Below are positions 39,137 through 52,470 of a stretch of 64,000 nucleotides of DNA, piece by piece. This DNA is from the human T2T-CHM13v2.0 reference genome, Homo sapiens: NCBI RefSeq assembly GCF_009914755.1, contig NC_060925.1. One strand, 5' to 3'. The position numbers were made by a program, and so were the translations under genes. The notes under the pieces were generated by a model. It saw only the letters and a program-made list of their open reading frames with translations. It was not told the DNA's origin and did not search any database. Position 1 is the first letter of the stretch, and the number at the start of each line of letters is the position of its first letter.

Positions 39137-40175
39137 CCATGGGATCAAAATTTTCCCACAAATGGATTTCCTTTATGAGTTATGATAAGTAAGCTTGAAA
39201 TTAATTAAATATAAATAATTAAAAAAACAAGTATGGAGTTGCTATTAAAAATGCAAGTTAACATATGAAAACAAAAGAATAAGAACCAAATGATTCTGCC
39301 ATTTAAGATAGAACAAAATGATTCTATCATTTAAGAATCAATTATAAATTAGGTGTTTTAAAACACAAAAATATAGTATTTATAAAGGTCTACAAAATAT
39401 TCACAAATCAATATTTCTATGTTTTGTAAGGAAAGGATAATTAGAAATACTAAGCATTGTCTTGAAGTCTGGAGTTATTCTACTTCTTGACAAAACTTTG
39501 TTGAGTAAATACAAGACCTTCAACAGACTAAGTGCAGTAAGCAGGAAAGGAGATTAATGCCATGGCCCGTAGCAGAAAGTGGAAATATTCAAGAATTTTA
39601 TCTGCATAGACAGAAAGAAAAGTTTCTTCTTAATTCATATTCTCAATTCAGCTAGTTATTGTCCAATTTTTGGTCATGTATTGCTATACATATAGGATAT
39701 ATTTATACTTCAGGAAACAAAAGAAAAAAATGAAAGTCCCAGACTTCCACATTTCCATTAGCAATCCTTGATAAAATTCTGCAGTATTTTAACTGAGCAG
39801 ATGATATTGAAATGGTTTCTTTCTTGTTTTATTATATTTTATCTTAAAATTCACTGTTCCATAAAAATATCATTTATGCTCTACCCAAGGGAGAAAAAGC
39901 AATCTTTTAATTCAAAGAAAAATTTTCTTGTAGCATTAACATTATTCCATCTGTCTTTCAGCGTAGATACAGAAGGAAACTTAAAATACTGAGTATTCCT
40001 CCAGCATTTTTTTTCTATGTTCCTGGTTATATTTGTGGTTCTTCATTTACTCCTTCTATATTTGGTTGTATAAATAAAAATCCTCCACAAAGCAGGCTGC
40101 ACCATCAGTTAATTGACTTTGACAATATGTTAGTAGGTATGATCCAGTATAGCACATAATATAAGCCAAATGTAC

Positions 40176-40340
40176 CTGGAGCCTAGGATGAGCATAGAAT
40201 TCATTTAAAAAATCCATAAGTAAATCAATCTTCAGTGAGCTGACACACAGGACGACATGCTTTTCAGTTTGAGCTCTATGTCGACTATAGTTTCCTCCTG
40301 ACTTTTGTCTCTCCATCCACAAATAAGCCAGCTGTTCAAA
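40176..40340 (-). CDS. KCNT2: KCNT2 coding exon (probably exon 10): S6-RCK1 linker and start of RCK1
   Basis: tatattacag|TTTGAACAG...CTCCAG|gtacat. 165 bp (55 codons, [55 protein letters not shown]), phase 0 to 0. Confidence 0.97.
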
Positions 40341-41078
40341 CTGTAATATATTTTCCACATGTGAATGAAAAACACAGTAAGGAAATAAATAAATCAATGC
40401 AATACATCTATTGTTTATTAGGTATTTTCAATTTCCTAGATGGAACTCATTGAGATTCTAATTGTCAGTATTCCCCTTCAACGACAGACTTTTCATATAA
40501 TTTCTACAGAGGCTGCAAATGTCTCCCAGGGGCTTCGGGTCTCTAAGGAAACATATTAACATGATTTTGCTATCACATAATAACAGGCCACTAAGAGGTT
40601 TGTACCTCTGCTTTATGTCCAGTAGAGCTGAGTGAAAGAGAAAAGCCTCATTGCTATTTTCCCACATTCTCTGTCAAATTCTAACCATATCTCATGCAAT
40701 AGGAGTTACTCTTACCATAACACACAAGGCCACATTCTAGCTGTACAGTAGCCATTAACGGAGGAAAGTGAAAGGTGCAAGGGAGGGTATGTCAGGAAGA
40801 AAGACATGCATGAATTTATCGGAGCAGGAAGGCCATTTTTGCAGGTATTCTATTCAGATACATTGCGGCCAAAGTTTTGCAATGGAATATGCAAGTTTGA
40901 TTTGCATTTCCCTATAGCCTGCTTCTGATCTGCCCACACATGGGCAGCCAGGGCTTATTATAGGAAAGAGTTAGAGATTGCATCTACTTATCTTTAATTC
41001 CATTTATATATCCATCCCTTTGCAACCTCCCTACTCACTCCCCAAAGTGCCACATAATATTTACATACCATGTTCAGA

Positions 41079-41212
41079 CTTTTTTTTTTTTTTTGTAGAG
41101 ATGGGGTTTTACCTTATAGCCCAAGCTCATCTTCAACTCCTTGGCTCAAGCCATCCACCTGCCTCAGCCTCCCAAAATACTGGTATTATAGGCATGAGCC
41201 CTGCACCTGGCC
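41079..41212 (-). mobile_element. FLAM_C-like Alu monomer
   Basis: Poly(T)gtagagatgggg...ctccttggctcaagccatccacctgcctcagcctcccaaa...cctggcc. Confidence 0.85.
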
Positions 41213-41538
41213 CAGATTTTATTTGACAAACATAAGTAATAGATTTTTCTTCATTGCAGTGTATGACTTTGTGGTTTATTTTGAAGAACCAAGAGAAATC
41301 AACCCTTCACAAATTTATTTCTTTGATCTATCATCCTATAATTAAAAACTATGTTATTCTATATTTAATATAATTAAGTACCCTATACTAAAAAAAATCT
41401 TGAATGATTGAAATAAGATGAGTGCTGTCAGTCATGACTGGAAGGAAAAAAAAGCAACTCGGTGTTTCTAATAAAATGTAAAATGACATTTCTGCAGTAA
41501 TTTATGTAATTGATTAAATGTAATGATAGTATGTGTTA

Positions 41539-41940
<402 letters not shown>

Positions 41941-42282
41941 TTATATTTTACAATATATTTTTCTAGGAAAGATATAATTAGTAAGTTCTTGTCCTACATT
42001 GACCAGACATGATCTTATTTTGATTAATAGACAAAAGTGGTAGCTAAAATATCACACAGTATATTTGAGTAACATGCAAAATGAACAGATAATTTCATGG
42101 GTGATACACATAGACACTGAATGAACATCAACACAAGAAATCGCTACCTCTAATCCCTACCAAAATACCAAGTCTTTTCTTTTTCTTTTTTTTTATAATT
42201 TTTTTGAGACTCTTTTTCTTTTTTTATAATTTAGGAAGAAGAGAAAGACAGTAAAAGGCTTGAGGAGTTAACAATTGCCAAA

Positions 42283-42446
42283 TGCTATGGTTTGAATGCT
42301 GTCCCCTCCAAAACTCATGTTAAAATTTAATTGCCATTGTACCACACTAAAAGGTGAGACCATTAAGAGGTGTTTAGGTCATAAGGGCTCCACCAACATG
42401 AATGAACTAATGTTGGTATCCTGGGAATGGGCTCCCTCACAAGATC

Positions 42447-42510
<64 letters not shown>

Positions 42511-42705
42511 TCTGTCTCATGTGTGCTTTCTCTCTCTTTGCCTTTCTACAATGTTATGAGATAGCAAGAAGGCCCTCACCAGTTGCCAGCACCTTGATCT
42601 TGGATTCCCAGCCTCCAAACGCAATATAAGCCGATACGCTTCCATTTATTATAAATTACCCAGTTTCAGGTATTATTTTATGGCAGCACAAAATGGACTA
42701 AGACA
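42283..42705 (+). mobile_element. MST-family solo LTR containing a (TC)n microsatellite (about 42449-42513)
   Basis: tgctatggtttgaatgctgtcccctccaaaactcatg...ggcagcacaaaatggactaagaca; flanks ccaaa/caaaa. Confidence 0.85.
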
Positions 42706-42955
42706 CAAAACAATTCTTAAAACAAGTCCTTAAATGAATCAATCATTTGTGCAAAGCTATTGATGAGGTGACAGTAAGAGAGCAGCGTAAAAGTTGTTAG
42801 ATGTCCTCAAATTAGAAATGTGTTAAAATCACATTAGAAATAATGCTGCTATTAACAACAACAAAAAAAAGCAAAGTGAGACTATGAATAATAAAATGTG
42901 TTTTGCAATGTTGGAGGAAGATGTAAGATTTGCAACACAGCAATCAGTGTATAAT

Positions 42956-45345
42956 TGCTATGGTTTGAATGCTTGTGTCCCCTCCAAAATTCATGTTGAA
43001 ACTTAAATTCAGAATGCAACATTATTCAGAGGTGGGCTTTAGGAGGTGATTAAATCTGGAGCTCTCAAGAATGGAATTAGCAATCTTATAAAAGTGTTGG
43101 AGGGAACCAGCTAGCCCTCTTTTTGCTCTTCTGCCTTCTGCCATGTGAAGACACGCCACAATGCGTCATCTTGGTGAGAGAGAAGGCTCTCATCAGATAC
43201 CAAATCTGTGAGCCCTTGATCATGAACTCCCCTTCTTCTAGAACTGTGAGAAATATGTTTCTGTTCATAAATTACCCAGTCTCAAGTATTTTGTTACAGC
43301 AGCACAAATGAACTAACACAGAAATTGACACTGAGAAATAGGGTGTTGCTATAACAAATACCTAAAAATGTGGAAGCAGCTTTGGAATTGGGTAATGGGT
43401 AGAGGTGGGAAAAGTTTTAGGGTACATGCCAGAAAAAAGCCTAGATTTTCAGTGTTTAAGGGCAATTTTGGTGAAGGCTCAGAAGAAGAGGAGAGTAGAG
43501 AGAGCCTAACTCTTCTTATAGATTATTTAAACAGTCATGACCAGAATATTGGGGGAAATACCGACCGTAACGGCCTTTCTGATGAGTTCTTAGACAGAAA
43601 TGAAGACTATCTAATTGGAAACTGGAGGAAAAGGCATCCTTATTACAAAGTGGTAAAACTTGGTAATTATGTCTGTGTCCAAATATTTTTGTGGAAGGCA
43701 CAATTTAAAGGTGGTGAACTAGAATACGTAGCAGAAGAAATCTCTAAGCAAAGTGTTCGAGGCGATGTATTGTGTTTCTTGACTGCTTTTAGTAAAATGT
43801 CAGAAGAGAGAAATGGATTAAAAATGCAATTTATAATCAAAAAGGAAGCAAAACCTAAAAATTTGGAAAATACCCAGCCAGGTCAGATTGTAAATAAAAA
43901 TTGTGCTCCAGAGAAAACACCAACAGTTTGTCCAAGCAACTATGTGATAAGGAGACTCTTGTAAGATAAAAGGAAGCCAGGTGGTCTTCATCAAGACAAT
44001 GGAAGAATAATCCCAAAGGCATTTTGGAGCTCTTCCAGACTGTCACCCTCATCACAGGACCAGAGTGTGAAAGGTTTGAGGGCAGAATAGTTTCAACGGA
44101 GGAAACCAGGGCACGTTTGGGGCCTCAAGAGTCAGCTTTCTTCATTCTGGTGCAGTGCTCTTTGGCTACCCCAAGTGCTGGTCAAGCAGGTGCAGGAGTG
44201 ACTCAGGATGCTGCTATGGAAGTCAGAGGTGGTAAACCTTGGTGGCATCCATGTGGTGCCAATTTTGCAGGTGCGCAAAGAGCACAAGCTGTGAAGGCAT
44301 GGTGACCTTTCCTCTAGATTTCAAAGGATTCCTTGGAGAGCCTTGGGGCCAAGAAAGAGAACTACCACCGGGGTATGGCAGCACAGAGTCCCCAACTAGA
44401 GCAATGCCTGGTGGAGCCATCCCTGAAACCCCAGAGCTGTAGTCAGCAGCATGAAATGCCAGTGTGGGAGAGCTGGAGATGCTAGACCCCAACTCCGTAA
44501 ACGCTGCTGTGTGGTCTTTGCCAAACAAAGCTTAGAAGATGGGGCTTCCCATGGCCTGGTAGGGGCCGACTCCTCCCCAGTGTGACCAGAAGTCAAGACA
44601 TGGAGTCAAAAAGTATTCTCAAACCTCAGGATTTAATGTTTTTTCCTTGTTGGATTTCCAACTTAATTGGGACCTATTACCCATTTCTTCTTGCCTATTT
44701 CTCCCCTTTGGAATAAGAATATCTATCCCATGCCTGTCTCACCATTGTATTTTGGAAGCACAAAACTTGTTTAATTTCACAGGCTCACAGCTGAAGAGTA
44801 ATTTGCCTCAGGGTGAATCATGCCTTGAGTCTCACCCATATCTAATTTAGGTGATATTTAGATGAGACTTTGGACTTAGAGTTGGTGTTGGAACAACTTA
44901 AGACTTTAGGGGCTACTGGGATGAAATAAAATGTATTTTGTATGTGAGCAGGACATGCATTTTGATGGGCCAGGAGCAGAAGGCTATGGTGTGAATGTGT
45001 CCCCTCCAAAATTCACACTGACACTTAAATCCCACAAGGCAACATTATTAAGAAGTGGGACCTTTAGGAGGTGATAAGTCATGAGGGTAGAGCACTCATG
45101 AATAGAATTAGCAACCTTATAAAATTGTGGGTGAGAACCAGCTGGGCTGTTTTTGCCCTTCTGCCTTGGGAGGATGCAATAGTAAAGCCCCATCTTGAAA
45201 GCAGAGAGAAGGCACTCAACAGATGTTAAATTTCCAGCATCTTGATCTTGGCCTTCACAGCCTTCAGGATTGTGAAAAAGGAATTTCTATTGTTTATATA
45301 TTACCCAGCCTCAGGAATTTTGTTATAGCAGCACAGACTAATATA
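42956..45345 (+). mobile_element. Complete MST-type MaLR element: LTR 42956-43320, internal 43321-44981, LTR 44982-45345
   Basis: Two homologous LTRs (gctatgg..tgaatg..tgtcccc.tccaaaattca ... tttgtta.agcagcaca); MST-internal start (aaatgtggaagcagctttggaattgggtaatgggtagagg); flanks ataat/atcat match 4 of 5 as a TSD. Confidence 0.9.
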
Positions 45346-45695
45346 ATCATGGAATACTACTCAGTAAATAAATAAATAAATAAAAATTAAAAGAAGCCAA
45401 GTTCTGGATAAACAGCAAAAACATGTTGAGTGAAAGAAGTCAGATATAAAAGACCACATGTTGTATGATTCTGTTTATATGAAATATCCAGAGAAGAGCC
45501 AGCAAATTAGTGGTTGCCTGGGACTGATGATGGGAATGTGGTGGTGAAAATGTTCTGAAACTAAATTGAGGTGATGGTATATATCTCTTTATGTATATAA
45601 CTTTGAATATACATGAGAAAATTATTGAATTTACACTTAAAATGAGTAAATTTTATGACACATATATTATGTCCCCATAAAGCTATTTTAAAAAT
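45346..45695 (+). mobile_element. Old L1M 3' end (host of the MST insertion)
   Basis: atggaatactactcag...gttgagtgaaagaagtcaga...ttagtggttgcctggg...aaatgttctgaaacta. Confidence 0.75.
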
Positions 45696-46649
45696 CAGTG
45701 TATATTTGTGAATACTCACTATGGCTTCTGGGCACAAGAAGCACATGGCTCAATTATGACAACCATGAAGAAATAAATATTCAATGTTTACTTTCCAGAA
45801 GTTCCTTTTCCGGCCTTTTAAGATAATCTCCTTATTTGTCTAAGTTATGTAGCATACATATTCTATTGTCTTTATGTATATATATATATTTTGGTACAGT
45901 CAAGAATAAGCTTATGAATGGTTAGGTAGCTGGGTAGGTACACAGGTAGAGGTATCAAGAGACAGAAGAGAGAAAGGAAGATACATGTCATCATTATAAT
46001 TGTTTACAACTGTTGTGTGTGTTTATTTGCTTTTTTCCTTTTTCTTTTTTCACTTCAGGTCTCCAAAATGGCCCAGCAAAATCGCCCTCGTTTTATGCTT
46101 ACAAATTTTGTGTGAGCTGCCAGACTGTAAACATACTTAAACCAATGAGTTGATTCATAACAGTTTATTGGCTCAGCTGCCCCTATGGAATATTGCCAAA
46201 CTAATTACGAGAATATTCAAATGTAGTCTAGTATTACCAAAAATGGAATTGTATAACACTTCTGTGAAGTCAAGTTTTAAAATTTTATTTAAAATAACAT
46301 ATGTTTGAGAGTGTAAACAATTTTTGCTTAACTTCTTTATACTTCACTAGAGAACAGAGAAGAAAGATAACATATATTTTTAATGATTCAAATATTGAGT
46401 GCTTGCTTTTGCTTGAGTCTGCATTAAAAGCCGATCTCTGATTATAGTTAAAATGTATATTTCTTAATTCAAATATATATTTTCTAGACCTAAACTACCA
46501 AAAAAGTCTCCTACTGTGCTTCCAGGTCTTTTGTTTGTCCTTTTAACATAATGTACTCATAAGGGCAGTATTCATATTCTTTAAACACAGCTCAACCTCA
46601 GGTTCGAAAAGCTGCGGGATTCTCACTGTTTAAAGAAACCTCTATAACC

Positions 46650-47192
46650 TGTAGTTTGATAGATTATTATAATAGCTGCCAACAAATGAAGTCTTCATAT
46701 GTTCTACAAACCCTTCTTTTGCAATATAATATTCCTGTACCACCCATCAAGATATGAAGTCTATGTCTTCAGGTCCTTCAATCTGAACTGGACTAATGAC
46801 TTGCTTTGACCAATAAATATGACAAAAGTGACATTATGTGGTTGCAGATGCTAAGCCTTAAGAGACATTGCAGCTCTTTTTTCTCATTTACTTGATACCC
46901 TGAGACCACCACACTGTGAAGATGGTGGTACAGTCTACTAGAGGATGAGAGGCCATGTGAAAGAGAACTAAGATGTCCTACTTGGTTCTCTTCCAATTGC
47001 CAGACATAATAGTAGGGCCATCTTACATCCTCCATTTCTCCTCAGGCCATTACTGAAGTTGAAAGAGTAATTACAGGTAAGACTGGAAGAAAATCTGCCC
47101 TGGAAATCAACCACAGAATTTTGAGAAATAACCAACTGGCTATTTTAAGCCACTAAGTTTAGGGGTGTTTTGCTATTTAGCAATAGATACTT
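46650..47192 (+). mobile_element. MLT1 (G/H-like) solo LTR
   Basis: gacttgctttgaccaata; ttttaagccactaagtttaggggtg...tagcaatagata. Confidence 0.7.
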
Positions 47193-47205
47193 ATGTGTGT
47201 GTGTG

Positions 47206-47252
<47 letters not shown>
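47193..47252. repeat. (TG)n(TA)n microsatellite
   Basis: Direct reading. Confidence 0.92.
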
Positions 47253-47255
<3 letters not shown>

Positions 47256-49075
47256 TATGGACTACAGCATCTGGATCTCATTTGTTTCTTTCTTAAACTT
47301 TTGTCTCATTTATCTCACCTTCACTATTTGGACTGTTTACTTAACATAATATCATTTGAAATAGTCAAGTACTAAAAGCAAGTAAAATAGGCTTTACTTT
47401 TCCTAGTAACTAGTATTTATAACTCCAGCCTTTGTTTCAGGTAGTAATATTTAAATATAATAAATGAAAAATTGGGGAATTTGAAATGCATTTGATTTAC
47501 TTATTGAAATTCATTCTACATAAATAATGTACAAGTAAATAATAAACTAAAAACTTGTCTTTTATAAAACAGATTGCATATTCCAATATAAGATATATTT
47601 ATTTTAGTCACATTTCATTCTGAAATGTCTATGTCAATAACGTATTTCAAAAGTTTTTATGATTAACTTTGCTACCATGTTGACGTACAAATCAAATGCT
47701 TGATTCATAATCCGATTATGTCACAGTGAATACTGCATGCTCTAATACAAAGTTCAGTCAATCAGTTTAGTACATACTAAAGCATTCGGACAACTGTCTA
47801 GGCTATGTTTTATGGAAGAAACAAATTACTCAATATTAGAGACAGAATTGCCTGTAATAGGTATACAATCTGGACTCCATTGTCACTTTCACATTAAGTT
47901 TTACAACTACTTCCCTTTTTATTATCTTGTTTTTATGTAAAAAGTCACCTCCTCAAAGAGTTGAAATTGTTTAGAGGGGAATTTTGCAGTAATTTGCACT
48001 AGCTTATCACATCCTAAAGGTAGAATGTTCACACTGTTTAAGAAAAAACTGTCTTCAAGCCTCATAAAATCCTAAAAAATTCATTTAAAAAGTATTTTTA
48101 AAATTACTACTTCCGAGTTTTTATTTTACAAAATGATACTAAGACATGGAGAAGTTTGATTTAAAAACAGAGAATAGACTATTCTGATTCACATTATATA
48201 GTCATAGCATCATTTTCTGATACCCATTATAGAGTACCTATATACAACATGTGGAAAACATTGTTTAATTGCATATTCTTTTGGTTACTGGCAACACAAC
48301 TGGAGAGGTTTCAAAGATAATAAATATAAAGACTTATTTTACTGCTCTGTGGTAATTATTCAAGTAAAATATATCTTTATATATAAACTATCTCTTCAAA
48401 AAGTAATTCAGCTAATTGTAGGAAGGAAGAGAAGAAAGTGTGCCTTCAGGACAGGTAGATACACAGACAGTTGATTGTTACCTATATGTTATATAAGAAT
48501 TAAGGCAAAGACAGCTTTAGAACTGGTAACATACTGGATTTGCCTTATGCACAAACATTAATATTACACAAATACATATTAGTTATTTTACTTAGATCTG
48601 TGAATCTTAAAACATGCTACGTAAAGATTTGAAGCAATACAGTGATAATCAGGCATTATAATATAGTTATCTTGTTTCATTCACACATGTCTTTGGAGCT
48701 ATTATTAAATGAAAACTGTCTCCTCTCTTTCATCAAAATTAATGAATTTTGGTGAGTTCTTATTTTGTGTCTGTACCCAGAAATAATTTTAATGATAGGC
48801 AGAGATTTTCTGATAAATTAAATACAAAATGTACTCAAATACAGCACATTCATAAGCATAATATTCTATTTTGCCTTATCATAAAAGAAATGCATCTTTT
48901 CAGTCAGTTACAACCAAGTTAAACAATTTAAATTATATATTACATTAAAAGTGGCAAAAGAATTTAATAATGTCTCATTACAGCATAAATAACCATAGTT
49001 GGTGGATTTTAGTAAACATTTTGGTATGTTTACATTTTCTAGTAATCAAATTTAATATTGTTTTGTGACTGGGAA

Positions 49076-49523
49076 ATATACATATATTTATATACATAAA
49101 TATATATCATATATAAATATATATTTATATACATAAATATATATCTATATATAAATATATATTTATATACATAAATATATTTATATATAAATATATATTT
49201 TTATATATATTTATATATAAATATATATTTTTATATATATTTATGTATATATTTATATATAAATATATATTTATATATTTATATATATTTATATATATAC
49301 ATAAATATATATTTATATATATTTATATATATACATAAATATATATTTATATATAAATATATATTTATATATTTATATATATTTATATACATAAATATAT
49401 ATTTATATATATTTATATACATAAATATATATTTATATATATTTATATATATTTATATACATAAATATATATTTATATATATTTATATACATAAATATAT
49501 ATTTATATATATTTATATATATT
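49076..49523. repeat. AT-rich low-complexity tandem array (units such as atatatttatatacataaat)
   Basis: About 450 bp of almost pure A/T with recurring self-complementary units. Confidence 0.92.
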
Positions 49524-49939
49524 TATTTTAGATTGCAATAAATTTTTTAATTTAAAATGTTTAGGCAGGGGATATATGATAATAAACAAAATGTGTGTTA
49601 CAATTAGGTAACTACCAAAACCAAGTATTTTAAGAAAGCTTATATATATATATATTTATATATTTTTTATAAATATTTATTATATATATAAAATATATAA
49701 ATATATATAAATATATTTATATATTTATATACATAAACATATTTTTATTTATTTTTATTAATATATTTTTATTTATATATATTTTTATTTATATATATAC
49801 ACAAATTTTATATATATATATAAGTTTTCTTAAAATACTCGGTTTTGGTAGTTACCTAATTGTAACACACATTTTGTTTATTATCCTATATCCCCCGCCT
49901 AAACATTTTAAATTAAAAATTTTTTTGCTATCTAAAATA
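49524..49939. repeat. Long inverted repeat: 131-bp arms (49524-49654 and 49809-49939) with a 154-bp AT-rich spacer
   Basis: Hand alignment gives an ungapped reverse-complement match with 7 mismatches. Confidence 0.93.
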
Positions 49940-50389
49940 TAAAAAAGAAATCAATGTCACACCATGTTCTATTTATAATTTTTGCTTAGTTAATACATAT
50001 CAAAGTTACTCCAATTCATTTATAGTCATTTACTTTCAAATGAAAAATTGCAAATGAATATCTTTTTAGTATAATTTCTCCATTGCAAAAATACCTATAA
50101 ATTTTAAATAATAATAAAATCATTTATGTACACTAACAGGTGCTATAAAATTTTACTTAAGTATTTTGTAATGGAAAAAAGCTACCTAACATTATAAAAG
50201 TTAGTCACATTTATTCATACAAATAAATTTATTAATGTTTTACTAGCCAAGCATTGTACTGGATGTTACAGATGCAGGTATCAATAGGACAAAGGTCTTT
50301 CACCCAGTCTGGTAAAAAAAGAGCCTCTAGAATCTAAAGTGAATGATTATGACTTCACTTTACTATTACTAATAATATCATAAATTAAT

Positions 50390-50570
50390 AAATATTTTTT
50401 ATTTGCTGAGTGCTAACCTAGGTAAGTTACTCAAACTTCATGCTCCTCAAATGAAAAGCAAATATATTAATAATAATATTAACTTCCCATTGGCTATAAT
50501 GAGAAATAAATGAGCTAATGCTCTGTGAAATGTCTGGGATAGAATAAGGTTCAGTGAATTCAGTAGTAAT
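50390..50570 (+). mobile_element. MIR fragment
   Basis: aacctaggtaagttactcaaacttc...ataatgagaaataaatgagctaatgc. Confidence 0.6.
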
Positions 50571-52251
50571 TTTGTTATTTATTTATAGCCCCAGAATGAG
50601 AGAAATAGAATAATAAAAATGAATCAAATATATACACAAAAGTCTCATAAAGCTTTTGTTTCTATTTTACAAAAAAATAAAATATTACTGCTAACGATAG
50701 AGTCAGGGATTATAGAGAGAGAAAGTGGTGATAAGAACATAGTGTTTATCCCTCTTTCCTAAGGATTCACTAACAAGTTTATTAGCAGCAGACACCATCC
50801 AGGGATTAATGAGTAGCTATAATCTTGTCCTTTCTCAATGCTGCAAGTCCCAAGGGTTATGGAAGTGGAAATATGGGCGATCATAGAAGGCTCCAAAAAA
50901 AGAAGAGTTAGGCAATTTGCAAAGTAAACCCATAATCTTTAACTATTTGCAAAGAATAGTCATGTTGAGATTAGTTGACCTTTGGAGGGTTGACTGCCAT
51001 CATTTACAGAAACTGACAACGAATTCTTGGAAAAGCAGTCAGGGAAAAAAGATTAAGCACTATTTCAGTGCCAGTATGTCAACATCAGGCTAGTGACTTG
51101 TTTTAAAGGATTACTTATCACTGAGATTAATTGAATAAAAGGATTTCATTTGTGATTATATAAAAGACAGTGTATCTGTATATCCTATATGTATATATTT
51201 ATACAATTCACTAAGTTATGTAACTAATATCATGATATGTTAACATTTAAGACCTAAATTTTAAAATAGTAATATTTTGAAAAAAAATCCAATAGAATTT
51301 TCTCTTTTTATATTACTTAAAACATATATTCATACTCACTATTAAGATTTAAATGGATATTTAATTTTAAATGACTTAAGGATTTTATATTTTGTGAATG
51401 TTAAGTATACCTATTTTTTTAAAGTTTATGCACTTTAGGAAGCAGATAAATCTCGCCATTCACATATTTATCTTTTTGCATAACTGTGGTCAATATTCAC
51501 AATATTGAGCTTAAACTGGACTTGGGCTTTCAAAACTAATTCACATAGTAATTTCTGCCTTACCGTGATTTAGTTTTATATGAATGTCCACTTTGGTTAA
51601 TATCTGTTTTAAAGAACACTGCCGCAGAATAAAAATCCTTTAAGAATTGTTATAGGCTGGTATTCTAGTATTTTTTTCTAAAATTCAGGTAAATACGTGT
51701 TTAAATTATGAATACTATAGAACAAAATGACAAATGGCTAAATTTGTCCTTAAACACTTTTTCAGAACTTGATTACAACCAATGTACAACAGAAAATACA
51801 GAAATTTCCTGGGGAATTTCACATACTTTAATAATTCCAGAATTATATGAATAGAAGATTGAATACATGACTAGAACCATGTGAAACAAATATGCCCCTT
51901 GACAAGTATATTGTTTTATGTGGTTTTCAACAAATAGTTATTGATTTTCCAAATACAACCTACAGATAGTAGGGGATAAAGGCAATGGTTAATAATGACA
52001 TAAAGTAAGAAATACTACAGAAAATTTTGCAGGTAGAAGGTAGGAAAATATTTCCCTTTTGGGCATGCTGAATTTAACATTCCTATTAGATATCCTCCAT
52101 CCATTTGGATTTTGTATTTTATTAATATATACCTGTAGCAAGCCATTTCTTACACTCCTTGGTTTACATCCTACTTGAACTTGTTTACAGTTCTAATCTT
52201 TTCAGTTCCAAAACAATAGTAATATGGACTTGTTATTAAAAGATATATAAT

Positions 52252-52470
52252 AACACATGGACACTGGGAGGGGAACATCACACACCAAGGCCTGTCGGTG
52301 GGTGTGGGTCAAGGGGAGGGAGCGCATTACGACAAATACCTAATGCATACGGGGCTTAAAACCTAGATGATGGGTTGATAGGTGCAGCAAACCACCATGG
52401 CACATGTATACCTATGTAACAAACCTGCACATTCTGCACATGTATCCCAGAATGTAAAGTAAAATAAACT
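52252..52470 (+). mobile_element. 5'-truncated L1PA (PA8-like) 3' end with degenerate TSD
   Basis: aacacatggacactgggaggggaacatcacacacc...ggggcttaaaacctagatgatgggttgataggtgcagcaaaccaccatggcac; TSD aaagatatataataa / aaagacattcaataa. Confidence 0.9.

Noticed and set aside
39280-39335. Short imperfect direct duplication of about 28 bp (similar ones near 7588-7624, 14207-14253 and 62876-62902), considered as CRISPR-like
   Set aside because: Only two copies each, no repeat-spacer array, eukaryotic context; ordinary slippage duplications.
40056-40397. 113-aa ORF as an independent gene
   Set aside because: It is the 165-bp KCNT2 exon plus open intronic flanks.
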